Part shown: in pieces, positions 56,753 through 64,000 of the stretch
Layout: the number at the start of each line of letters is the position of its first letter
How positions within the stretch are numbered: position 1 is the stretch's first letter
Assembly (NCBI GenBank): GCA_900540635.1
Contig: UQGU01000001.1
Coordinates: 79,312-143,311 of the forward strand
Reading direction: 5' to 3'
Length of the DNA stretch: 64,000 nt
From: an uncultured Eubacteriales bacterium
GTDB taxonomy: Bacteria; Bacillota; Clostridia; Oscillospirales; Oscillospiraceae
Position numbers and translations under genes: made by a program
Notes under the pieces: generated by a model
Database searches by the model: none
Seen by the model: the letters and a program-made list of their open reading frames with translations, nothing else
What the model was told of the DNA's origin: nothing

Positions 56753-58522
56753 ATGGATATTTTCGGGATCTTGAATCTGTTGGGCGGCCTGGCCCTGTTC
56801 TTATACGGCATGTCCGCCATGGGCGACGGGCTGGTGCAGCTGTCCGGCGGCCGCCTGGAAAAAATACTGGAAAAGCTGACCCAGAAGAAGATCATGGCCG
56901 TGCTGCTGGGCCTGCTGGTGACGGCCGTCATCCAGTCCTCCTCCGCCACCACGGTTATGGTGGTCGGCTTTGTAAACTCCGGCATTATGAACCTCAGTCA
57001 GGCCGTGGGCATCATCATGGGCGCCAACATCGGCACCACCGTCACCTCCTGGCTGCTGTCCCTGACGGGCATTCAGGGCAGCAATCTGTTCCTGAAGCTT
57101 TTGAAGCCCAGCTCCTTCTCCCCGATTCTCGCCGCCATCGGTGTCATTCTCACCATGACCGCCAAGGAGGACGACAGGAAGAAAAACATCGGCACCATTT
57201 TCGTGGGCTTCGCCATTCTGATGTTCGGCATGGAGGCCATGAGCTCCTCCGTCTCCCCCCTGGCCCAGAACGAGAAGTTCACCGGCGTCCTCACCGCCTT
57301 CTCCAATCCCATCCTGGGTCTGCTGGCCGGTGCGGCCCTGACCGCCATCATCCAGTCCTCCTCTGCCTCCGTGGGCATTTTGCAGGCCCTGTGCATGACC
57401 GGGGCCGTCAGCTTCGGCACCGCCATTCCCATCATCATGGGCCAGAACATCGGCACCTGTGTCACGGCCCTGCTCTCCGGCATGGGTGCCAGCAAAAATG
57501 CCCGCCGTGCCTCTCTCATCCATCTTTATTTTAATTTAATTGGCACTTTGCTGTTTCTTGTGGTATTCTATACATTGAACAGCTTCCTGCACTTCTCCTT
57601 CCTGCTCACCCCCGCCAGCGCGGCGGACATTGCCGTGATCCACAGCCTGTTCAACATCGGCTGCACCATCGTGCTCTTCCCCTTCTCCAATGTGCTGGTG
57701 AAGCTGGCACAGCTCACCATCCCCGACGGCAAGGAGGCCGCCCAGGATACCCGCCCCGCAGCCTTGCAGGCTCTGGACGAGCGCTTCCTGGACCGGCCCG
57801 GCTTTGCCATGAATCTGTGCAAGGAGGCCGTGGACCATATGGCGGACCTGGCCCGGAACTCCTTCCAGCTGGCCATGGGGCTGCTGGACAACTTCTCCGA
57901 AAAGGATTTGCAGCGCGTCATCGCCATGGAGCAGGAATCCGACAGCTACGAGGACACTTTGGGCACCTATCTCGTCAAGCTCTCCGGCAAGGACCTGAGC
58001 AAGGCAGACAGCCGGACGCTGTCCATCCTGCTGCACTGCATCAATGACTTCGAGCGCATCTCGGACCACGCCATCAACGTGGCCGAATCCGCCCAGGAGC
58101 TGCGCGACAAAGGACTGACCCTGTCCGAGGACAGCCGGAAGGAGCTGGCCGTCTACGGCAAGGCCGTCAGCGACATTCTGGATCTGACCGTCTCCGTCTT
58201 CGCTGCAGACGACACGGACCGCGCCCGGTCCGTGGAGCCTCTGGAGGAGGTCATCGATACCCTGAGCATCGAGATGCGGCAGCGGCACATTATCCGGCTG
58301 CGCAAGGGCGCCTGCTCTTTGGAGGCAGGGCTCATTCTGGAGGACCTGCTCACCGGCTACGAGCGGGTATCGGACCACTGCTCCAATGTGGCCGTCTGCC
58401 TGATCGAGGTCCATGCCAACGAATACGACACCCACGAATATCTGAATCTGACCACCAAGGGCAGCGACCCCTGGTTCCGGCAGGAATACGACAAGAAGCT
58501 GAAGGAATACCCGCTGCCCTGA
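56753..58522 (+). CDS. Na/Pi cotransporter family protein (NptA-like, with PhoU-like repeats)
   Basis: Duplicated QSSSATT/ QSSSASV motifs and a C-terminal PhoU-like region. Confidence 0.9.
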   Translation: MDIFGILNLLGGLALFLYGMSAMGDGLVQLSGGRLEKILEKLTQKKIMAVLLGLLVTAVIQSSSATTVMVVGFVNSGIMNLSQAVGIIMGANIGTTVTSWLLSLTGIQGSNLFLKLLKPSSFSPILAAIGVILTMTAKEDDRKKNIGTIFVGFAILMFGMEAMSSSVSPLAQNEKFTGVLTAFSNPILGLLAGAALTAIIQSSSASVGILQALCMTGAVSFGTAIPIIMGQNIGTCVTALLSGMGASKNARRASLIHLYFNLIGTLLFLVVFYTLNSFLHFSFLLTPASAADIAVIHSLFNIGCTIVLFPFSNVLVKLAQLTIPDGKEAAQDTRPAALQALDERFLDRPGFAMNLCKEAVDHMADLARNSFQLAMGLLDNFSEKDLQRVIAMEQESDSYEDTLGTYLVKLSGKDLSKADSRTLSILLHCINDFERISDHAINVAESAQELRDKGLTLSEDSRKELAVYGKAVSDILDLTVSVFAADDTDRARSVEPLEEVIDTLSIEMRQRHIIRLRKGACSLEAGLILEDLLTGYERVSDHCSNVAVCLIEVHANEYDTHEYLNLTTKGSDPWFRQEYDKKLKEYPLP

Positions 58523-58541
58523 CGAAGGAAAGGAATACACT

Positions 58542-59225
58542 ATGGCACTGATCTATGTAGTAGAGGACGATGACAACATCCGGGAAATCGAGACCATCGC
58601 CCTGAAAAACAGCAATTATCTGGTAAAGGCCTTTGCCCGGGCCACAGACTTTTACCGGGCTCTGAACGACATTCTGCCGGACCTGGTGCTGATGGATGTA
58701 ATGCTGCCGGACGAAAACGGCTGCGATATTGTGAGGCGGCTGCGCAGCCAGTCCGCCACCAAGCGGCTGCCCGTGATCATGGTCACCGCCAAAACCTCGG
58801 AAATGGACATGGTGAAGGGACTGGACGACGGGGCCGACGACTATATCAAAAAGCCCTTCTCCGTGCTGGAGCTGCTGTCCCGGGTGAAGGCCCTGCTGCG
58901 CCGCTCCACAGAGGAGACCGCCCAGCAGCTCCGGGTGGGGGACATCCAGCTGGACAACGCCCGCCGGATCGTCCTGGCCCAGGGCAAAAGCGTGGAGCTG
59001 ACCTACAAGGAATATGAGCTCCTGCGGTATCTGATGATCAACGCGGAGATGGTCCTGTCCCGGGAATCCATTATGCGCTTCGTCTGGGGCACGGACTTTG
59101 AAGGCGAAACCCGCACCGTGGACATGCACATCAAGACCCTGCGGCAGAAGCTTGGCCCCTGCGGCCGTCAGATCGGCACCGTCCGCAATGTGGGCTACGT
59201 GCTGCAAAGCACCCCGGAAAGCTGA
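58542..59225 (+). CDS. OmpR/PhoB-family response regulator
   Basis: Receiver domain (VVEDDDNIRE...DLVLMDVMLPD) plus a winged-helix domain. Confidence 0.9.
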   Translation: MALIYVVEDDDNIREIETIALKNSNYLVKAFARATDFYRALNDILPDLVLMDVMLPDENGCDIVRRLRSQSATKRLPVIMVTAKTSEMDMVKGLDDGADDYIKKPFSVLELLSRVKALLRRSTEETAQQLRVGDIQLDNARRIVLAQGKSVELTYKEYELLRYLMINAEMVLSRESIMRFVWGTDFEGETRTVDMHIKTLRQKLGPCGRQIGTVRNVGYVLQSTPES

Positions 59226-59234
59226 GGCCATCTC

Positions 59235-60542
59235 ATGAAGCAGAAAATCAATCTGCGCCTGGGGCTCATCGCCCTGGTGGCCCTGATCCTCACCACCGTC
59301 GGCGTGACCAAGGTCTATTACGACCTGTTCCGTCAGCAGGTGGGCCGGGATCTGCGGCTGACGGCCCATCTGTTGGGCCAGAGCGGCGAATTCACCCGGG
59401 GCAATGCCCCCAAATTGCAAGACCCCGAGGTCCGCATCACCTGGGTGGACGCCGACGGCACCGTGCTCTATGACGATGAGGCCGACGCCGGAGCCCTTCC
59501 CAACCACGCAGACCGGCCGGAGATCCGGCAGGCCATGGACACCGGCGAGGGGGAGATCGTCCGCACCTCGGATACCTTCAATATGAACACCTTTTACTAT
59601 GCCCTGCGGCTGGATGACGGCACGGTGCTGCGGCTGGCGGTGGACGCCCGGTCCATCAGCTCCGTATTTTTGGCGGCGGTGCCGGTGCTGCTGATCATCG
59701 CCGTGGTGATCTTCGCCGTGTGCCTGCTGCTGGGCCACCTGCTCACCGCCCAGCTGATCGCCCCCATTGACGATATGGCCGAGCACCTGGACGAGCCCGC
59801 CCGGGAGCCTGTCTATCAGGAGCTGGAGCCCTTCGCCCGGAAAATCCGCAGCCAGCACGAGAAGATTCTCTCCGCCGCCCAGAGCCGCCAGGATTTCACC
59901 GCCAACGTATCCCACGAGCTGAAAACCCCCCTGACGGCCATTTCCGGCTACGCCGAGCTCATTGAAAACAAGATGGTAGACGGGGAACAGCAGCTGCGCT
60001 TCGCCGGAGAGATTCGGAAGAACGCCGCACGGCTTCTGAGCCTGATCAACGACATCATCCAGCTCTCCGAGCTGGACAGCGCCCAGGCCCCCGCCCGGGT
60101 ACAGAGCGTGGAGCTGCTGAGCCTGGCCAAAGAGGTCTGCGGCGATCTGGAGGTCCCCGCCCGGCAGCGGCGCATCACCCTGCAATGCTTCGGCCGGGAG
60201 GCCACGGTCATGGGTGACCGGGAGCTATTGAAAGAGCTCCTGGAAAACCTGGTGCAGAACGCCATCCGCTACAACCGGGAGGGCGGCTTCGTCCAGGTCA
60301 CTGCCAAGGAAGAGGCGGGCCACGCCCAATGGATCGTGGAGGACAACGGCATCGGCATCCCCGAGGACGCCAAGGACCGGGTCTTCGAGCGGTTCTACCG
60401 GGTGGACAAGAGCCGCTCCCGGGAAACCGGCGGCACCGGCTTAGGTCTCGCCATCGTCAAGCACATCGCCCAGATCCACAACGCCACAGTCACCCTGGAT
60501 TCCGCCCTGGGCAAGGGTACAAAGATCACGGTGACATTCTGA
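59235..60542 (+). CDS. Sensor histidine kinase (PhoR-like)
   Basis: H-box SHELKTPLT. N, D/G motifs, GGTGLGLAIV. Confidence 0.9.
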   Translation: MKQKINLRLGLIALVALILTTVGVTKVYYDLFRQQVGRDLRLTAHLLGQSGEFTRGNAPKLQDPEVRITWVDADGTVLYDDEADAGALPNHADRPEIRQAMDTGEGEIVRTSDTFNMNTFYYALRLDDGTVLRLAVDARSISSVFLAAVPVLLIIAVVIFAVCLLLGHLLTAQLIAPIDDMAEHLDEPAREPVYQELEPFARKIRSQHEKILSAAQSRQDFTANVSHELKTPLTAISGYAELIENKMVDGEQQLRFAGEIRKNAARLLSLINDIIQLSELDSAQAPARVQSVELLSLAKEVCGDLEVPARQRRITLQCFGREATVMGDRELLKELLENLVQNAIRYNREGGFVQVTAKEEAGHAQWIVEDNGIGIPEDAKDRVFERFYRVDKSRSRETGGTGLGLAIVKHIAQIHNATVTLDSALGKGTKITVTF

Positions 60543-60550
60543 GGAAACTA

Positions 60551-60598
60551 AAAAAATCCACAGCTTCTCCCCTGCTTTGGAGCGGCTGTGGATTTTTT
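60551..60598 (+). terminator. Bidirectional intrinsic terminator aaaaaatccacagc ... gctgtggatttttt
   Basis: 14-bp perfect stem flanked by A and T runs. Confidence 0.8.
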
Positions 60599-60645
60599 GT
60601 GGACCGGCGACACCCGGGATGCGCTAGCATCGTCCCCGTTGCTCG

Positions 60646-60966
60646 TTATAGCAGGCCATATTCCATGCCGTAGGGCCAGCCGTTGAGGCCGCCCAGGTCG
60701 TAGAGATGGGGATAGCCCAGGTCAAACAGCTGGGCAGCCGCCAAAGCCGACCGGCGGCCGGTGCGGCAATAGATCAGAATTCTTGCCTGCTTGTCCGGCA
60801 GAATCTCCGACAGGTCCGCATCCTCAATGTCATCCAGCGGCAGCAGCTTCGCCCCCGCCGCGTGCTCCAGGGCATATTCATCCTCTGTCCGCACATCCAG
60901 CAGCACACTGCCGGGATAAGTATCCAAAATATGCTTTCCCTCCTGGAAAGAAATTGCCTGAATCAT
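60646..60966 (-). CDS. Rhodanese-domain protein
   Basis: VLLDVRTEDEYALEH...IYCRTGRRS active-site loop. Confidence 0.7.
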   Translation of the reverse strand: MIQAISFQEGKHILDTYPGSVLLDVRTEDEYALEHAAGAKLLPLDDIEDADLSEILPDKQARILIYCRTGRRSALAAAQLFDLGYPHLYDLGGLNGWPYGMEYGLL

Positions 60967-61028
60967 GGTTTCCGCTCCGTTTCCAATGTTTTCCGCTATC
61001 ATACCACAGCAGGCCCCAAAATGCAAGA

Positions 61029-61058
61029 AACCGGGAAAGCAAAGCCGCTTTCCCGGTT
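61029..61058 (-). terminator. Terminator for the recombinase gene: aaccgggaaagc-aaagcc-gctttcccggtt
   Basis: 12-bp perfect stem followed on the minus strand by a U-run. Confidence 0.6.
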
Positions 61059-61130
61059 TCCCGCCTTCGCGTATGCAATTTTGTCGGATAACGCAGCCGT
61101 TACCGCTTCAAAACTGCCGCGAGGGCTTTT

Positions 61131-62819
61131 TTACTGCATGCCGCTCTCGTAGGCCTCGATCATCTTCTTGAACGTGTGACCCGTAGAACCCGCGGGATTT
61201 GCCCGCCGTTTTAGCTTCCCCAGGTATTTTTCACAGGTATCGCCGGTGAAAATCTTGATGTCCAGCCGCAGAGTGTTATCATCCTCCGGGGTGACATAAA
61301 TCCTGTCGATGAAGATGTCAATGAAATCCTTGGTGATGGCCTCGGTCTGGCACTGCTTCTCCGCATCTCGAAGGACTTTGCGAAGGTGCTCCATATTGGC
61401 GCGGAACTCCTCACTGGATTCCTGCTGGTCTTTCAGCTCCAGGAGCGCCTGCTCGCCGGATTTGATTTCCTGGTTGCACTGGGCGGTCATGGCCTTGAAA
61501 TCCGCCGGTGTGATGCTCTCCAGGGTCACCAGCTCCAATAGCTTGGACTTCTTCTTTTTGGCAAGGTCAATGTTTGTCTGGACTTCCTCGATTTTCTTTT
61601 CCAGATTGCCGTCACAGGTCATGCTGCGGTACATTCGCTCGTACTCCGCAATCATGGCGGCGGAAGCCTGTCGGGTGTCTCGGAATACCTCAAAGAGCAG
61701 AGGCACCAGCTCCTTTTCGTAGATGGGGAAGGAGTCACAGGCATCCGCGCCGGACTTGATTTTGTTGGAGCAGACCCATTTGCTGTTTTGGTTGCCCAGC
61801 TTGTCCTTGGATTCCCGGCGGTAGTAGGCGGTGCCGCAGTGGGTGCAAAAGAGCTTGCCGGTGAGCAGATTGGCATGATTGCAGATGCCCTGCCGGTTTT
61901 TTACATCCTCGCTTCTGCGCAGCAAAACCGCATTGGCCTTTTCCCACAGCTCCTCGGAGACAATGGCTGGGACGATCTGGCCGGTTTCATCCTTGAACAT
62001 GACCCATTCCTCCGGCGGGAGAAATTTCTGTTTCTTGGTGAACATATCCACCACTTTGACTTTGTTGCCGACGTAGTAGCCCTTGTATTTGGGATTGGAA
62101 ATCATATTGGACATGGTGGTGTGGGCGATTTTCTTGCCGTTCAGGTTCCGGTAGCCCTTCTCCCAGAACAGGTTTTCGATCTGCTTCATGGAATAGGCTC
62201 CGGTAGCATAGAGGGTGAAAAGCTCCCGCACCATGGGAGCTTGGGTTTCATCGATGACAAGGCGGCCATCGTCTTTGGTGTAACCAAAAATTCGGGAGTT
62301 GCCCAGGACAACGCTCTGCTTGATGGCCTGCTGGTGGCCGAATTTGACACGGGAGCTGAGCTTCCGCAGTTCGTCCTGGGCAATGGAGGACATGATGGAA
62401 AGGCGCAGCTCGGCGTCCTCGTCCAGGGTGTTGATGTTGTCGTTCTGGAAAAATACGCCAACCCCGCTGGACAGCAGCTGGCGGGTGAACTGAATGGAAT
62501 CCAGAGTGTTTCGGGCGAAGCGGGAGATTTCCTTTGTAATCACAAAGTCAAATTTTCCGGCGGCGGCATCCTCTACCATGCGGTTAAAATCCTCCCGGTG
62601 CCTGGTGGAAGCGCCGGATATGCCCTCGTCGATATAGCCCGGGACAAAGGTCCAGGCAGGATTTTTCTTGATGAAGTCCTCGTAATAGCCAATCTGATTG
62701 CCCAGGGAATTCAGCTGCTCATCGGATTCGGAGGAGACACGGGCATAGAAGGTGACCCGCAGAGGAAGGTCATAAATGGTCTTGGCGCGGAGAAGCTGCC
62801 GTATGTTGTGTATATCCAT
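61131..62819 (-). CDS. Large serine recombinase
   Basis: Catalytic YARVSSESD...GISGAS, then the recombinase domain and zinc-ribbon CTHCG...CSNK. Confidence 0.9.
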   Translation of the reverse strand: MDIHNIRQLLRAKTIYDLPLRVTFYARVSSESDEQLNSLGNQIGYYEDFIKKNPAWTFVPGYIDEGISGASTRHREDFNRMVEDAAAGKFDFVITKEISRFARNTLDSIQFTRQLLSSGVGVFFQNDNINTLDEDAELRLSIMSSIAQDELRKLSSRVKFGHQQAIKQSVVLGNSRIFGYTKDDGRLVIDETQAPMVRELFTLYATGAYSMKQIENLFWEKGYRNLNGKKIAHTTMSNMISNPKYKGYYVGNKVKVVDMFTKKQKFLPPEEWVMFKDETGQIVPAIVSEELWEKANAVLLRRSEDVKNRQGICNHANLLTGKLFCTHCGTAYYRRESKDKLGNQNSKWVCSNKIKSGADACDSFPIYEKELVPLLFEVFRDTRQASAAMIAEYERMYRSMTCDGNLEKKIEEVQTNIDLAKKKKSKLLELVTLESITPADFKAMTAQCNQEIKSGEQALLELKDQQESSEEFRANMEHLRKVLRDAEKQCQTEAITKDFIDIFIDRIYVTPEDDNTLRLDIKIFTGDTCEKYLGKLKRRANPAGSTGHTFKKMIEAYESGMQ

Positions 62820-62947
62820 GGTGTACCTCTAAAGTTCGTTGTATCATGTTCTGCAATTATGATAGCACATATCGCGAAGCTTTACAACCCAGAATTGACT
62901 GGAAAAAGCGGCAACCCGCTGCCGGATTGCCGCCTGAGGGGTTGGAA

Positions 62948-63145
62948 CTAACGCTCCATGGAAGTGGCCCGATTTTTGATTTTGATCCGCATACGGTTCC
63001 GCTGATCCTCCGTAATCAGGCCCTTGGCGTAGAGCGTGTCGTTATAATAGGTCAGCCACAGCTGCTGAATGGTGGCCTGGATGGTCTGTTCGTTTGGTTT
63101 CGGATGGTTTTCATTGTTTTCTGCCATAGTAAGCCCCCTGTGCAT
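62948..63145 (-). CDS. Small SHOCT-like protein upstream of the recombinase
   Basis: 65 aa, ...YAKGLITEDQRNRMRIKI. Confidence 0.35.
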   Translation of the reverse strand: MHRGLTMAENNENHPKPNEQTIQATIQQLWLTYYNDTLYAKGLITEDQRNRMRIKIKNRATSMER

Positions 63146-63294
63146 TTCCTAGTTTTCCCGGGATGAAAGCTCTTTATGCGCCTGTGCGCTAAGCAGAAAC
63201 CTGAGGGTATCACCGGGGCCGCTCAGGCTGCGATAGAATCTGTTTGCGATATTCAGTTGTCACATACAGGAAAATAGGGGGTGTGACGCAACGG

Positions 63295-63477
63295 TCACGA
63301 GGTGATTCCATCCTTTGTAATGGCAGCCAGTCCGGCAACGGAGAACTTCCACTCCGGCGGGAGACTGAGAATGATGGAAAATAGCCCAATGGCCTTGAGA
63401 GAAAGCCGGGTATCCCGGAGATGGTGGATGCTCATGACGGTAAAATCCTTATCCTTCGTTGCCCGAATCACCGGCAA
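63295..63477 (-). pseudogene. 60-aa ORF resembling the N-terminus of a mobile-element HTH/replication-type protein; probably truncated
   Basis: LSLKAIGLFSIILSLPPEWKFSVAGLAAI pattern, but only 60 codons before a stop. Confidence 0.3.
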
Positions 63478-63496
63478 TTGGAAATCCCTCCTTGCG

Positions 63497-63529
63497 GCAA
63501 AGGGAGTCGCGTTTTACGACACCCTTTGA
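63497..63529. repeat. Hairpin repeat copy 3 (degenerate): caaagggagtcg-cgtttta-cgacaccctttg
   Basis: One stem mismatch relative to the family consensus. Confidence 0.6.
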
Positions 63530-63706
63530 ATTTTTGCCGGGCGCAGACCGATTCTGGGGAGGCAAACGTCGCCTTTCGAGGCGAGCACCCGACAGCTGTC
63601 CTAAAGGAAATAGAACATATGTTCATATATTGTATAGAAAGGGAGGTGATTTGTCAAGAGAGATACGGGAAATAGTTGGAAATGGATAATTTTTCTTGGG
63701 AAAAAT

Positions 63707-63738
63707 GGAAGGATGTCGTATTTCACGACACCCTTGGG
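63707..63738. repeat. Hairpin repeat copy 4 (degenerate): ggaaggatgtcg-tatttca-cgacacccttgg
   Basis: One stem mismatch. Lies in AT-rich element DNA at the right edge. Confidence 0.6.
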
Positions 63739-64000
63739 TGCGGGGGAATATGTATGAGTGGAATGTGGCGGTATGGGGTGGAGGGGGACGGAGTCTGGTG
63801 CGGAGAAGGAAAAATGATTGCCTTATGTGAAAATATAAGAAATATGCACATTGGATATTAATAGCACATTGGATTTTCTGAGGAGTTATCTTCAGAAAAT
63901 AACGTATATGTGCTTTGAACTCCACGAGAAAAGAACAAGCGAATATTCTCATCTTTGTCTGAGAGTAATTTGTTGAAAAATTTCAGAATTTATGCTATTA

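Larger units (their letters stand above)
61029..64000. mobile_element. Left end of a second serine-recombinase element that extends beyond the window
   Basis: Recombinase, SHOCT-like gene, HTH fragment, hairpin-family repeats, and AT-rich DNA from about 63.7 kb onward. Confidence 0.45.

Noticed and set aside
58350-60185. 611-aa minus-strand ORF
   Set aside because: Antisense to the response-regulator and histidine-kinase genes.
1-64000. rRNA, tRNA and CRISPR genes
   Set aside because: No tRNA-like cloverleaf candidates, rRNA-like conserved blocks or spacer-repeat arrays were seen on reading. tRNAscan or Infernal would be needed to exclude small RNAs formally.

Overview
This 64 kb window is high-GC (about 60%) chromosomal DNA that looks like a Clostridia/Oscillospiraceae-type gut anaerobe, interrupted by several lower-GC accessory segments. 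All calls below are from motif-level reading of the six-frame translations and the raw sequence; no search was run.

- **Left end (1 to ~6.8 kb, possibly to ~9.5 kb): an integrated mobilizable element.** It carries the N-terminal part of a MOBQ-type relaxase running off the window edge, an RSF1010-like oriT nick motif, an AbiEii-like nucleotidyltransferase gene with an XRE-HTH partner, ParM/ParR-like partition genes, a 641-aa large serine recombinase and a TnpV-like gene.
- **9.5-18.8 kb: housekeeping.** A ytrABC-like GntR + ABC transporter module, an MFS transporter flanked by two copies of a 25-aa type-I-toxin-like peptide locus, a MarR regulator, and a minus-strand fhs-fchA-folD operon with a formate/nitrite-family transporter gene (one-carbon/formate assimilation).
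- **18.9-22.5 kb:** a COG1373 AAA+ ATPase and an AgrC/AgrA-like two-component pair with no agrBD.
- **22.7-28.4 kb: the most unusual locus.** A tightly packed six-gene operon built around a TerY-P-type triad (Hanks Ser/Thr kinase, TerY-like vWA protein, PP2C phosphatase), extended by a cytoplasmic leucine-rich-repeat protein, a translationally coupled Cys-rich zinc-ribbon protein and a secreted GLUG-repeat protein.
- **28.5-37.5 kb:** a second ytrABC-like module, a DUF559 endonuclease gene bracketed by 50-bp inverted hairpin repeats, a low-GC islet, then trmB-mnmG, an M14 peptidase and a HAD hydrolase.
- **37.5-43.7 kb:** cell-envelope genes (PAP2 phosphatase, a PQ-rich membrane protein, a phosphodiester glycosidase, a GT2-GtrA fusion) and a second COG1373 ATPase.
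- **43.9-56.2 kb: a phage-like island.** ImmA/ImmR, TerS, TerL, portal, Prp protease, scaffold, major capsid, a few structural hypotheticals and LL-H holins, but no integrase, replication module, tape measure or endolysin.
- **56.7-60.6 kb:** a Na/Pi cotransporter and a PhoPR-like two-component system.
- **Right edge (61 kb onward):** a second large serine recombinase marking another low-GC element.

Several short repeat families recur: a 12-bp-stem hairpin (four copies, all in mobile DNA), two REP-like GC-rich palindromes, a 10-bp-phased GGTAYC array, and paired inverted arrays of GTTGACA heptads at two loci. No rRNA, tRNA or CRISPR was seen.
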